Source: Schmidtea polychroa
Lineage: Eukaryota
Direction of reading: 5' to 3'
NCBI GenBank assembly: GCA_044892525.1
Contig: CM097885.1
Location: 49,602,001-49,666,000 of the forward strand
DNA length: 64,000 nt
Shown here one piece after another: positions 28,173-40,338 of the stretch. Each line of letters begins with the position of its first letter. Positions within the stretch are counted from its first letter, which is position 1. Both the position numbers and the translations under genes were made by a program. Below the pieces are notes generated by a model. The model ran no database searches and was not told the origin of the DNA. It saw only the letters and a program-made list of their open reading frames with translations.

Positions 28173-31100
28173 TTAATCTTGTAGATGTTGATTGATGAGA
28201 TCGGGATCTGCTTCTGATTGAATATCATTATCGTCATTATCAATGACATCAACTCCTAAATAATGACCATATGCAAAACTAGAGTTTTTCTCTACCCAAG
28301 CTCTTTTATCATCATGATTAGTTAAAGCAATCTTTGAGTTTTTAAAGGTAAAAAGCTGATGATTTCGGGTTCCTATTCTAGTCTGAGGTACAGAAATAAC
28401 TGTGTTGTTGTTGTAACAGTCTAAATAGGATTGATGTTTTATATCTGTACCTGGTAATTTTACGCCCTTAGCTCTCATAGTAGATTTATTTCCTAAAAGA
28501 CTGTAGCACTTTGGTCGCAAGAAAACCCACTCACTATATCCTACACCCTTACTCTCATCCTTAAACTTTCCTATAACTGAGTCGAGTCTCCTAGAATATA
28601 AAGGATGAGAGGGATCATAATTTGAGGTGTCTAACAAGTCATCCGAAATCATCGCTGGCAAAAGAACGTCAAGCTTTACATTTTTGACCTCTAAGAAGAA
28701 ACTATCGGTATCACCCGCAACTATATTTATATCACAGTTAATCTGACTCCTATATTTTGCTAATTCTATGTACTGTAATTGATACATCCTTAGTTTGGAC
28801 AAATTCAGCACTGATTGTCCGATGTAGCTGGGTCTATCCAAACATATAGACTCCTTATTGAGATGTACACCAAAAAGATCATCATCAATTTTGATGGTTT
28901 TTCTAAATGATGGTTTTGATGAATATGTAATTAATTTTTCCGCGGAATTACATAGTCGTAAATTTAATCTCTTCTTAAGGTTTTCAACGGATTTACCGTA
29001 CAAGCTATTATTATACAATTTGAATAAATCTCTGTACAGTTCACTGCTTGCTTCAGCTCTTAGCTGTGTATTTTTATTTATATAATTTTTAAAAATCGGT
29101 GCTTGCTTGAATTTTATAGCCCTATGGATGTGTACAACTTTGGCACCAAGAGACAAATAAAGCTTGAGAAGCCTCCAATGAAGAACATGGTTCTTCTTTG
29201 GCCAATGCGTGAGCATCAACTTCTCAACTTTCGAACCAGGCGGGCACATTTTCTCAGGAGCAAGAGGAAAGTCATTTAAAAAATCATGAAAAATTTCTGG
29301 AATATCTATATCCACTTCTATGGTATAACCATAGGGAAGGATTTCAATGTCAGCATTCATGCACTCAAGCAATACATCATTCAATCCATCATACACTTAA
29401 GTGAAATCAGCAAAAGGAAGATTTTGGCTAAGAGCCCAACCATACAGATTATTTATATCAATATATAATAATTCTGTATTATCAGAAGCAGCAACGTAAT
29501 GTTTGTTAACAAATGTTAACCCACCACGTATTCCTCCTTCGTAAAAATTGAACATTTTCATGTCCTGTAAAAGTTCTATAGGCTCAGTTAATGTCATAAG
29601 CGCTGAGGCCCATGACATACCCGGAATACCATAAAAGTTTAGAGGTTCTAGACCATTGTATGCAATGGCCTTGGCACGGAATTGTTGGAAATAGTCCGCA
29701 AGGAGGAATACATCCAATTTTTGATAAGTTAACATATAGTCAGCCAATTTAGTACAACGTTGTTGAGTCCAAATAAGTTGAGCCTTAGCATACTCATCTT
29801 CAGTAACACCAGACCAAATAGGAGCCAATTCATAAGTGGTTTCAAGTACATCCAAATCAGTCGCATAATCATAAGGAAATATGGCTTTAGCATCTATTAT
29901 TAGCCTATCAAAAACCGATGAAGTCAAAGGAAGATCAGTTAGAGTTTTTACAGCCTTAGCCAAAGAACAATTAACAAATTGTATGCTGTCGATAAAACGA
30001 ACAGCTAATTTTTTAATGTGAACAATCATCGAGATAAATTTCTCTGTGCTTGTGGGTATTATATTCAAATTCCAAGAAGGAAAGCCATTGAGACCATATT
30101 TTAAAATATGGTGTAAGTCGTAGCCTCGTAAATTATGAAATACAATCGGCAGCTGTTTATAAATTCTGCGAGCCATATTACATTTCCTACAGGCTGCACC
30201 GAGATAATTACCAGTAAAATGGTCATGATCTCGAACAGCAAGGGATAAAACCTTCTTGCAAAGATAGCAGTTCCTACAAGATTTGAATTGTCGTTCCTCA
30301 GCAAAAGTCATAGGTCCTAACCGTTTTTTCCCTTCAAGCTCATAATAAGGTAGGACAATTGTGACAGCAATTTGCTCTACTTTTTTAAGAAATTGAGGTA
30401 TACAATCAAGACCATAAAACTCGTAATACAATTTTCTATTGTTAAGATTATTTATTAATAAAAGACCTGCTGAAATAGGTAAATGTATTTGATGATGTTT
30501 AACATCTTTAGGTAAAACCGATTCAAAATCGGCATAAATAACAAAGGGTGGGGTAATTCTCTTTGAATGATTTTGAAACACTAAATATTTATTTTCGGGT
30601 AAAGTGTAAAGGGTTGTACCCGTTTGATTTTTACTGCATAGGGCCACATGTTTAGTGAAAGCATTGTCCATTCGAAAACCGTTAAGACAATGTGGGCACC
30701 ATTTGCATCTTATTTGAATACTACAGTCATTATTACGATGGCAGTTCATTAAACGTGTAATGTTGGTCACTGCGGTGTAATGATAATTATCCTTATTTTC
30801 CAAGAGTAATAAATAAATTGGAGTACCGCCAGTAACCGTTGATCTGTGAATTATACTTAAGTGGAGGTGTTTAAAAACATAGTCATTAGGAACCTGATCA
30901 TCATCAACTATCACAGTAGGGGTATAAGCCAGAACATTTATGGCGAGATTTAAGTCTAAATTTTTCTTTTCGAATTTAGGTATATTACACAATTTCATCG
31001 GACAATCCGTGACTTCATTGTAATTAAGAATATTTAAAAGATTTTCATATTTTGAAACTCTTTCAGAGTGGCTACCTATTTCATCTTTTTTCAAGAGCGC

Positions 31101-32132
31101 GAGAATACTATATAGAAAACACTTATGATCCTTATTTTTAACATTTATAATTGCTCCTTTAGATTTCAAATCTGCAGGTGTACGAATGTAACTATGACCA
31201 GATAGGCGACAAATAGGAGCAAATTTAGTCAGAATGAAATCAATCTCTAAGATATTAATTACTCTCCAGCCACTACCTAAATAGGTAAACTTTTCAATTT
31301 TTTCGTTTAACTTATTAACCCCCTCAATTAAAAAGTTATCCGAAAAGATCTCGGCTTTATTTGAAAAGTAGTTGTCACGGATTTCCCCATCTTTTTCAAA
31401 TCTTATAAGAATAGCGAATTGAATTTTGACGCTACCCATGTTATTTATTTCAGATGTTAACTTTTCAGTGATCCTATCCGTTATTATAATTTTAATTAAT
31501 TGTGAATCGGCAATATCAAATCGAATAGTTCGAATGGCGCCATTTAAATTTGATTCTATTATCGGCTCAATCGCTAAAGATGATCCACCTATTTGATTTA
31601 TAGTATTTATAGTATTATCATTATTTTTATTTTCATTTATAGTATTTATAGTATTAATATTATCATTTATAATATCATGATTTATAGTATATATAATATT
31701 ATTACATTCGTCATCACTGAGTAGAATGACTTCATTTTTAATAATTTCGTCGTCACTGATCTCAATGACTTCAGTTTTTATAATTTTATTTTTAATTTTA
31801 GACACCCTATGTTCAGCAGGTCTTTTATTAGATTTCTTTTTTGTGTTATTATTTAAAATATTTACAATTTCAATGTTATTCTTATTTATTATTTTAAACA
31901 GTTCTTGTTTATTTGTTTTGAAAGAATTTAAATGCTGAGAATGTTGACTATAAAATTCCTTATACCTTACACTCTGGGAAGTTTTGCATATGGGGCAAAT
32001 AAAAAAGTTGATGCCATTAAAAGGTTGGCGATAATATTTCTTCATATTTTTGTGGCATATCAAACTATGTCCGATTGACGATACACAGTATCGTGGGTAT
32101 AATGGACCTGATAAATTATAAATATATATCAA
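28173..32132 (-). pseudogene. polB: Protein-primed family B DNA polymerase (pPolB) with one in-frame TAA at 29397-29399
   Basis: Exonuclease motifs YADFES, FHNLRGYD and YQKLDV; polymerase motifs YIDINNLYGWAL, KLYNNSLYGK and GDTDS; endonuclease VII-like insert (CYLC...DHDHFTG...CRKCN). The two ORFs are contiguous and in frame. The true 5' end is uncertain, with a possible splice acceptor at 32108. Confidence 0.95.
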
Positions 32133-32429
32133 ATATATTTATAAATTATTGAAAAAATATTAATCATAAAAAGTGTATTCATAATGTAATTTTATTGTAG
32201 AGTTATTGCAATGTTTTTATTCAATATTATTATCATGTATTTATTGATATTTATATGGGGCATTTATTTTTCTATTTTAAACATTAATTTATCATGACTC
32301 TCATTTCGATAGTTAGTTTGAATATCGAAATAAACAAACAATTTGTTTTTGATATTTTTATATTTAATTATTTTGGGTACTTACTTTATAATTATATATC
32401 TGACAGTAATATGACAATTATAAGTGACA

Positions 32430-32516
<87 letters not shown>

Positions 32517-32631
32517 TTGTGCTAATATCGATAAATTTATTTTGGACAAAGTTCGTTATTTTCTCTATTTGATTCTCATCGTTTCGTTTCTAATTTCATG
32601 TCAAAAACTTAGTATTATTATTATTATTATA

Positions 32632-32705
<74 letters not shown>

Positions 32706-32706
32706 G

Positions 32707-32793
<87 letters not shown>

Positions 32794-33187
32794 CATTGTC
32801 ACTTATATTTTTCATATTACTGTCAGATACATAATTATAAAGTACCCAAAATAATTAAATATAAAAATATCAAATACAAATTGTTTGTTTATTTCGATAT
32901 TCAAACTAACTATCGAAATGGGATTCATGATAAATTAATGTTTAAAATAGAAAAATAATAATAATAATATTAATACTAAGTTTTTGATAATAAATTAAAA
33001 GTGAAACGATGAGAATCAAATAGAGAAAATAAGGAACTTTGTCCAAAATAAATTTGTCGATATTAGAACAAATTCAATAATATTTACATTAAACTCATCA
33101 CATGTAAATGGACAAAGTTCGTTATTTTCTCTATTTGATTCTCAACGTTTCACTTTTAATTTATTATCAAAAACTTAGTATTATTAA

Positions 33188-33250
<63 letters not shown>

Positions 33251-33265
33251 CATTATTATTATTAA

Positions 33266-33392
<127 letters not shown>

Positions 33393-33547
33393 AATATAAA
33401 ATACGGTTTCAATGTATGTATGAGAATATTGATTGTTGAAAATTTAAATTGTTTCAATAAAATGGAGATTATTAAATTAAATTTTGACTTGTTGGATTGA
33501 AACTTTATAATAACTATATTATTATTATTATTATTATTATTATTATG

Positions 33548-33618
<71 letters not shown>

Positions 33619-33658
33619 GATTATTATTATTATTATTATGATTATTATGATTATTATG

Positions 33659-33708
<50 letters not shown>

Positions 33709-33710
33709 GA

Positions 33711-33753
<43 letters not shown>

Positions 33754-33966
33754 GATCAGAAGACAATAGTTGCATGCTGACTGCAAACTATATGACGATA
33801 GAAAAAAAATTAGCATAAATATGTATATACTGTATATTTAATATACATACTTATATACATCATATACTGACATTATAGTATTAATATTTATTTATATACA
33901 TTTAAAGCTTATAAAATAGACTTAAAAATAAACTTTATAAAAAATATACTTAAAAATAAATTAATA

Positions 33967-34392
33967 CTAACAAGTCTCCTCCAAATCTGTTTCCTCCCCA
34001 ATAGAAACGGGGGCATTAATTTCTCTTTCCTCCTCAATAGAAACGGTGGCATCATTTTCTGTATCAATAATAATTTATTAAATAATTTAATAAATAAATA
34101 AATAAATTTACCTAAATCATCGTCCTCAATAATAATAATTGAAGCATATTCATCATCTTCAATTGTTATTGGTTCTAAGACAATAATAATATTAATAACT
34201 CAAATTTAAAAAATTCACCGAAAATATGTTCCAAATCCAACAGTTCTTCATTTTCAGACACATCATACCAATCTAAATTATCTGAAAATAAATAATTAGA
34301 AATATTAATAATAATAATAATAATAAATTACCATTGCTGCTCGTTAAGAGAGCACGTAAAATATTACTGGAATTGTTCATTGAATGGTTCAT
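33967..34392 (-). CDS. Small acidic multi-exon orphan gene of the Polinton
   Basis: GT-AG exons 34392-34332, 34281-34219, 34174-34112 and 34058-33967 splice into an open frame: MNHSMNNSSNILRALLTSSNDNLDWYDVSENEELLDLEHIFEPITIEDDEYASIIIIEDDDLENDATVSIEEEREINAPVSIGEETDLEETC*. Confidence 0.65.
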
Positions 34393-34651
34393 TTTTGGTT
34401 TTTGATTTTTCAGAGACAACTTTACGAACTTATATAAATAATAAGTTTATATAAACCTGTAAAATTGACATTTTAAACAAATATTTATTCTAATTACTTG
34501 CGAATCCGGTCAGTCTTAGAATAAAGTACAAATAAATTTATTATTATTATTACCATTACAATTACTATTAATCATGTACGGATCATGCACCGTGCATGAC
34601 TGAATTTTTTAATATTCTAATAATATAAAACATATTTAAAAATAATAAAAC

Positions 34652-34723
<72 letters not shown>

Positions 34724-34771
34724 CATAATAATAATTATAAAATAATAAAAACACATTTTTATAAAAAACAT

Positions 34772-35147
34772 TTATTTAATAGACATTAGCCATCCTAAAC
34801 AATGTTGTCCGCACGTACGAGTTAAAGGGTGTTGATACATTGTTTTATTATATACAATAGGTTTGCCCATTGTTTGTAGTTTCGAAACCAATAAAGCAGG
34901 ATAATAGAAACCCATAGGATCGAATACATGTATCTTATCTGGTTTCATATAGATCGCAATCCAATGCTCTCCGCCGAGATGAGATGAATGGGTATTGACG
35001 ATTATGGCTTGATTATTTTTCAAAAATGGTATTTTATCGAGAGGAAAAACTCCTAAAAATTCATTTCCTAATATTTGTTTTCCAATTCGATTAACTTGAA
35101 CAGAACTATTTTAATAATTAAACAGTATAAAAAACAACTTACTCCAT
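34772..35147 (-). CDS. Adenain-like cysteine maturation protease (PRO), two exons
   Basis: Catalytic H, D, Q and C in GEHWIA, VFDPMG and YQHPLTRTCGQHC. ATG at 35147, a 37-nt intron (35106-35142), then MDSVQVNRIGKQILGNEFLGVFPLDKIP in frame with ORF 34772-35023. Confidence 0.9.
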
Positions 35148-35174
35148 GACAACTTTCTGTATTTCTGTATACAT

Positions 35175-36394
35175 TTATACCAGAACGGTTCTATTTGCAG
35201 TAATTTGAACTTCATTTTCAAATACTCCATATGTTATAACATGCACAGGTTCTGTAATAGCTTTTGCAAACTTTATATCTAATCGTAAATTTCCATTTTG
35301 AGGTAATTGACTCTGATTCAAATCAAAATCTGGGGCCAAAACAAATGTAAAGAATGGATATTTGGTTTTGAATTCTTCAAGAGTTATGCCGCAATTCAAA
35401 TTTTTATCTAAATATCCCATATTTCTAACAATACTCTGCATATATGTAGCACAGTAATTGTCACTATCGAAATCTTGAGTATATGTTTCTCGATAATCAG
35501 TATTTTTCGACAAAGTTAGAGATGTAACACCAAAGGTTTTGAAAATTGAGCTGGAGGCACTATATTATTATATTGTGCTTCACCTTGAAATGTTACCAGA
35601 ATAAAGTTTGGCATTCTTCTATCTCCAAATATTTGTTCCTTATAGAAGGAAGAAGCACCTTTGGCTATTGCAAATGAAACAAATTCTTTTGTTTTCAGAG
35701 GATAGATTGCATGCTTAGAATTAAGACCCAACTGATGACCTGCTAATACCGACGGATCAACTCGAACTCTTCTTACTAGTAATTTTGCATCAACTAATTG
35801 ACATATTGGTTGACCAGCACCACTAGTTAATGATAAAGAAGAATCGGTTCTTTTCAGTCTAATGTGTACATTGACTCCTGGAAGTAAATATTTTGGTTGA
35901 TCCATAAAATCGAGTTGTAATGATGAACACATGGTGAAAATCTTTGAGCCTTTAATCCATTTTTTCCGTTCGTCATCACTTGCTGCATAACCCATAGGAG
36001 TAAGACATGTATTTTTGGTGTCGGTATTATAATTTAAAATAGTTTCTATTATCGCCTTGTGGATATATGTATTGTTGCCACCTTCAATCTTGATATTATT
36101 AAATCCAAGAATAGCATCTTTAAAAAGTGTATGAAACAAAAAATTATTAGGTATTGTAGCATCAGCATCACCCAAAGCCTTTTTATCTTTATCTATAACC
36201 TTGATTTGAACAGTCAATAAAGTATCATTCAAATCTAAATATTCTGTTTGAGAACCATTGATGTAAAATTCTACATCATTTCTACTATCGGTAATTGAAT
36301 TCATAGGAAAAACTTCCTCAAATGCCCCAAATTCTATTACAGCCTGGGGCGATGGTCTATCAAATATGCATAATTCAGATTTACCACAAATCAT
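35175..36394 (-). pseudogene. Major capsid protein (double jelly-roll, Polinton PY) with one frameshift near 35565
   Basis: KSELCIFDRP...EYLDLNDTLL...NNFLFHTLF...DFMDQPKYLLPGV and C-terminal GNLRLDIKFAKAI are typical Polinton MCP motifs. The second frame continues YSASSSIFKTFGVTSLTLSKN. Confidence 0.88.
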
Positions 36395-36759
36395 TTTGCA
36401 AATATAGTTCCATGTCCTTTCATTCGTTTGTTTATACGTGATATTCCATGTCTTTTACGTTTTGGAGCTGGAGCTGGAGCTGGAGGTTTTTCTTTTTGAA
36501 ACATACCTGCAACCCCGGGTAAAACTTTCCCTAATTCAGCTAAAGCATTTGATTTTAGAGATGGTAATATTTTCTGTTCATTCATAATAACATCTTTTGC
36601 AGTTTTCATACCAAAACTACCAATACGTTTAAGAATAGGCAATGCAAATCTACCAATTGTTCTCAACCATCCCGATCCGTACTGTTTACCAATAAAATAT
36701 GGTAATTCACCGCCAGATTGGCTATCACTATACATACTAATAATATCAGAATTAGCCAT
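36391..36759 (-). CDS. Polinton small virion protein (PW-like) with amphipathic helix
   Basis: QSGGELPYFIGKQYGSGWLRTIGRFALPILKRIG pattern and a basic C-terminus; its TGA overlaps the MCP ATG (ATGA). Confidence 0.7.
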   Translation of the reverse strand: MANSDIISMYSDSQSGGELPYFIGKQYGSGWLRTIGRFALPILKRIGSFGMKTAKDVIMNEQKILPSLKSNALAELGKVLPGVAGMFQKEKPPAPAPAPKRKRHGISRINKRMKGHGTIFAK

Positions 36760-37775
36760 CTACTTTACGAAAATGTAATGTCAAATGAGTTTTTGAACCT
36801 TTTGGAAAGTTTATAAGTTTTCCACTATCATCACGAATATTTATTTCTATATTGTTTATACATGAACTTGCTATTGGTAAATACATGGGATTATCGATAT
36901 TTATATTGACAACTTCATCATGTTCATATTTTCCAATCCATACCGATTTCAAAAGAGGAACACTGGAATCACCAACAATTATGGGTTCGATAATGTTAGT
37001 ATATATGAACATTTGTTGATGATGTTCTAGTATTCTTGGTTTGCGTATACCAGTCGATTTTTCTCTATATTTTTGCTTATCTAATCCAAGTGAATTTGCC
37101 AAATTTTTATCAAATGTAACTTCGCAAATATCCTCATTCAAACTGAAGGTAAACATCAAATCTTTCACAATTTCCAAATTTTTAAATATGTGTGAACAAT
37201 TGAACAATTGAACTTTTATATTTAAGTAATACATCAAGTTTATCAAAATATAATTCATCAGCAAAGGTGAATGATTCTTCAACTTCATCATTATACGACA
37301 CAGATATTTTGATTTCTTCTTTCACTATACTGATTGCTTCAAATAGATTAAAACGTAATAAATACTCGGTCTCCGTAACAATATTTTTCAACTTATTGCA
37401 ACCCATTCGTTTGGCATCTTCAATAGTTTCGAATGTTATTGTAAATGGTTTAAAATCACAACTGATATTTAATCCATCCTTGTAAAATATATAGCAATGC
37501 GAATCTAATATTTGGTTCGGAATATGATATGTTTTATCATAATTACTGATAATTAAGATACCGCTACATGTTTTCACAATATTCCTTTTGAAATCAATCT
37601 TACATTGACTATAAAATGGGAATGTGTTGTACACGAATGTAAAATCTTGCAGTGCAACTTCCCAGTCACCATTTAAAGAAATCGGATTCTGGAGATTGAC
37701 CATAAATTTACTGGCTTGATTGTCTGGATGAATTAATGGGCAACTATTGCTCGGTAAAATAGTATAAAAATTCAC
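36752..37775 (-). pseudogene. Minor capsid protein/penton (Polinton PX) with a frameshift near 37220
   Basis: N-terminus FYTILPSNS...PDNQASKF...LNGDWEVAL and C-terminus MFIYTNIIEPIIVGDSSVPLL...NIEINIRDDSG...LTLHFRK. The start is probably at the integrase stop (GTGA overlap). Confidence 0.85.
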
Positions 37776-38408
37776 TTTACTAGGTCCTTTGCTGATATCC
37801 ATGACGGGTTTTGATAACCATGCCATTTGACATAGTATTGTTTATACTTGCCGACCTTTTTAGTTTTCAATATTTTTTGAATTCTAAATACCTTTGGAGG
37901 AGGAATGACTTGTAATTCCTGCTCATAAAATTTCCCTTGTACAATATTATTATCACTGTCTTTGATGACATACATTACAGGATTCTGTTTAGTATTTATT
38001 TTTGAAATTACAAAGACTTCATCACTCCAATTTGTATCAAAATTTTTAATAAATGGTGATGCACTAATTTTACTAATTCTAACATGATCACCGACTTTAT
38101 ATTTAGGTTTTGCAATTTTTACAGATTTCTTAGAATAGAATGTTTTTGATGTAATATCAACCGGTCTTAATCCATTCAGTCCTCGATGTGATGAATGATT
38201 ATAACTTGTTATTATTTTCGGTAAAGCATTTACCCATTTTTTATTACCTTGATGCACGAACAATTTCTTTAATCTATCTCTCAATGTTCGATTAAATCTT
38301 TCAACATGGGCAGCTTTGTATTGAGAATGTACCGAGTAGTGATTTATTTTCAGTTTATCGAGGACTTGCTTAACTTTGCTATTGTAGAATTCTTTACCTA
38401 AAATAATA

Positions 38409-38493
<85 letters not shown>

Positions 38494-38881
38494 CCAAATC
38501 TGTTTGCAAGTTATTAGGATGTCCATCTTTAAATAAAATATTAATTGCCTTGGACATTTCATCTGCAGATTTTGCCTTGACTGGTATTGCTCGTGCAAAC
38601 CTGCTGTATACATTAATACATGTTAAAATATATTTATTCCCATTGTTAATTTTCGAATAGGGTATCATCTCCATCAAATCCATTTGCCATAAATCGTCAA
38701 TACCAAATGTTTTATAGGCTCTGGTTGGAAATCTTTTCCGCATTGGTTTGTTCAAACTGTACGCAAGCTGATCTGATAACCACTTCTGGGTTTCTTTTTT
38801 CGAATTCGGAACTCTTTTCTTTAATTTTGCCACTCCACCGAAACCGGCTTCGTCTTCTGGGTTCGTCCAAATCTTCTCCAT
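37772..38881 (-). CDS. Retroviral-like (rve) DDE integrase with chromodomain; 96-nt intron at 38398-38493
   Basis: WQMDLM, QTDLG|KEF (after removing the GT-AG intron) and VERFNRTL form the triad; C-terminal chromodomain IQKILK...YYVKWHGY...SWI. Confidence 0.95.
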
Positions 38882-38939
38882 TACAGCAAGAAAATTTTAA
38901 ATTAAAATTTAAATTAGGTAATGAAGGATTAGCACCCAT
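38712..38939 (-). CDS. Candidate overprinted small lipidated protein
   Basis: MGANPS N-myristoylation consensus, a CC pair and an RRRSRFR patch. The ATG follows the upstream stop by 3 nt and the ORF overlaps the integrase in another frame. Confidence 0.4.
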   Translation of the reverse strand: MGANPSLPNLNFNLKFSCCNGEDLDEPRRRSRFRWSGKIKEKSSEFEKRNPEVVIRSACVQFEQTNAEKISNQSL

Positions 38940-38942
38940 TGT

Positions 38943-39476
38943 TTATGATTGATTTCCTACAACTCCACCTAATAATGATAATGCCAGAGGTATCAATGCA
39001 CCAATAAATCCACCTTGTTGTTTATATATAATTTTCCTCATTTGCTTACGATTTTTATTATTTACTAATGATAACAAAGGTTTCCTATGTTTGCTCAATA
39101 AATGCTTTTTTGATTTACTGATTTTAATTTTGCCTTTGACTACTTTAAGTATAATATTGAGTAAATCATCGACAACAAAATTTGGTAATGATTGCAATAT
39201 ATTCATTCTTTTCATACTCGGGGCCTTTAACAATGCATTAAAAAATGGAAAACTGCGATGATTTTTAATTACTTTTTTACCGGCTTTACGGGTTTTACGG
39301 GTTTCACGTTTAGGTTTAGGATTTTTCGAAATAAGATTCATTGCAGAGAAATTTTCAGTTACAAGTTTTTTAGATGGTGTATAACTAGTTGTTGGTGGAA
39401 CTTTTGGAACTTTAATACTCTTTTTAATACTTTTTCTTAATTTCCTAATATTTTTCACCCTTGCTTTTAGAAACAT
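38943..39476 (-). CDS. Lys/Arg-rich putative core (DNA-condensing) protein
   Basis: Highly basic; ends in QQGG-FIGALIPLALSLLGG, an adenain-type GG site followed by a hydrophobic tail as in adenovirus pX-like proteins. Confidence 0.7.
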   Translation of the reverse strand: MFLKARVKNIRKLRKSIKKSIKVPKVPPTTSYTPSKKLVTENFSAMNLISKNPKPKRETRKTRKAGKKVIKNHRSFPFFNALLKAPSMKRMNILQSLPNFVVDDLLNIILKVVKGKIKISKSKKHLLSKHRKPLLSLVNNKNRKQMRKIIYKQQGGFIGALIPLALSLLGGVVGNQS

Positions 39477-39494
39477 TATTATTCATAGAGGTTT

Positions 39495-40121
39495 TCAACT
39501 TTGTTTATAAACCATGGCACCTTTTGGGTTGAAAATATCTGTTTTTACTCGTAAATCATCGGGACATTGTTGTGTGAAATCAAGAAATATATATCCATGA
39601 GGTATTTTTGTAGCATCTTGAAATGCACTGATAAGAAAATTACGATTGTTAGGGTATGCTTGACGTGCAAGAAAATCAATCACTGTTACATCTCTAGGAT
39701 TCTTGAAAATAACTAAATATTGTACATTTAAATTACGTGTTCGATGTGCACCACCTTGATGAAATAGATTTTGAGTTATAAAAATAACAGTTACACCAAC
39801 GTGTCTACTGATTTTGGTAAATAAATTATTGAAATTCTTTTCTTTATTAGCTTCTTGATACAAGTCATCAATAATTATGACATCCCCCTTCTTTAGTCTA
39901 CTGGACCAATTTTAATCAAATCCCTCTACTATTTTCATATTTTTCAATTTACAGAAACTTGATTGAGTCAATCCGTGTTCTTGATCAGCACCTCGATGCC
40001 AATAAATTTTGTTAAATTTTGATTTAAATAAATGTGATTTTAGTAATTTGCAAACAAACAAAGTTTTGCCGCTACCACTTGGTCCGACTATTTGATATAC
40101 AGCATCATTTCTTAGTTCCAT
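39495..40121 (-). pseudogene. FtsK/A32-like genome packaging ATPase with one in-frame TAA at 39912-39914
   Basis: Walker A GPSGSGKT. Reading through the stop gives NWSSRLKKGDVIIIDDLY (Walker B), then SRH...ITQNLF...FKNPRD. Confidence 0.92.
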
Positions 40122-40193
40122 TTTTAATATTTATTTAAAAATTAATTTTGTTTATATCGTAAAGAATAAATTGATTTAATTACTCTATAATAT

Positions 40194-40312
<119 letters not shown>

Positions 40313-40338
40313 TTGATTTTTATAAATATTCAGTAGAA

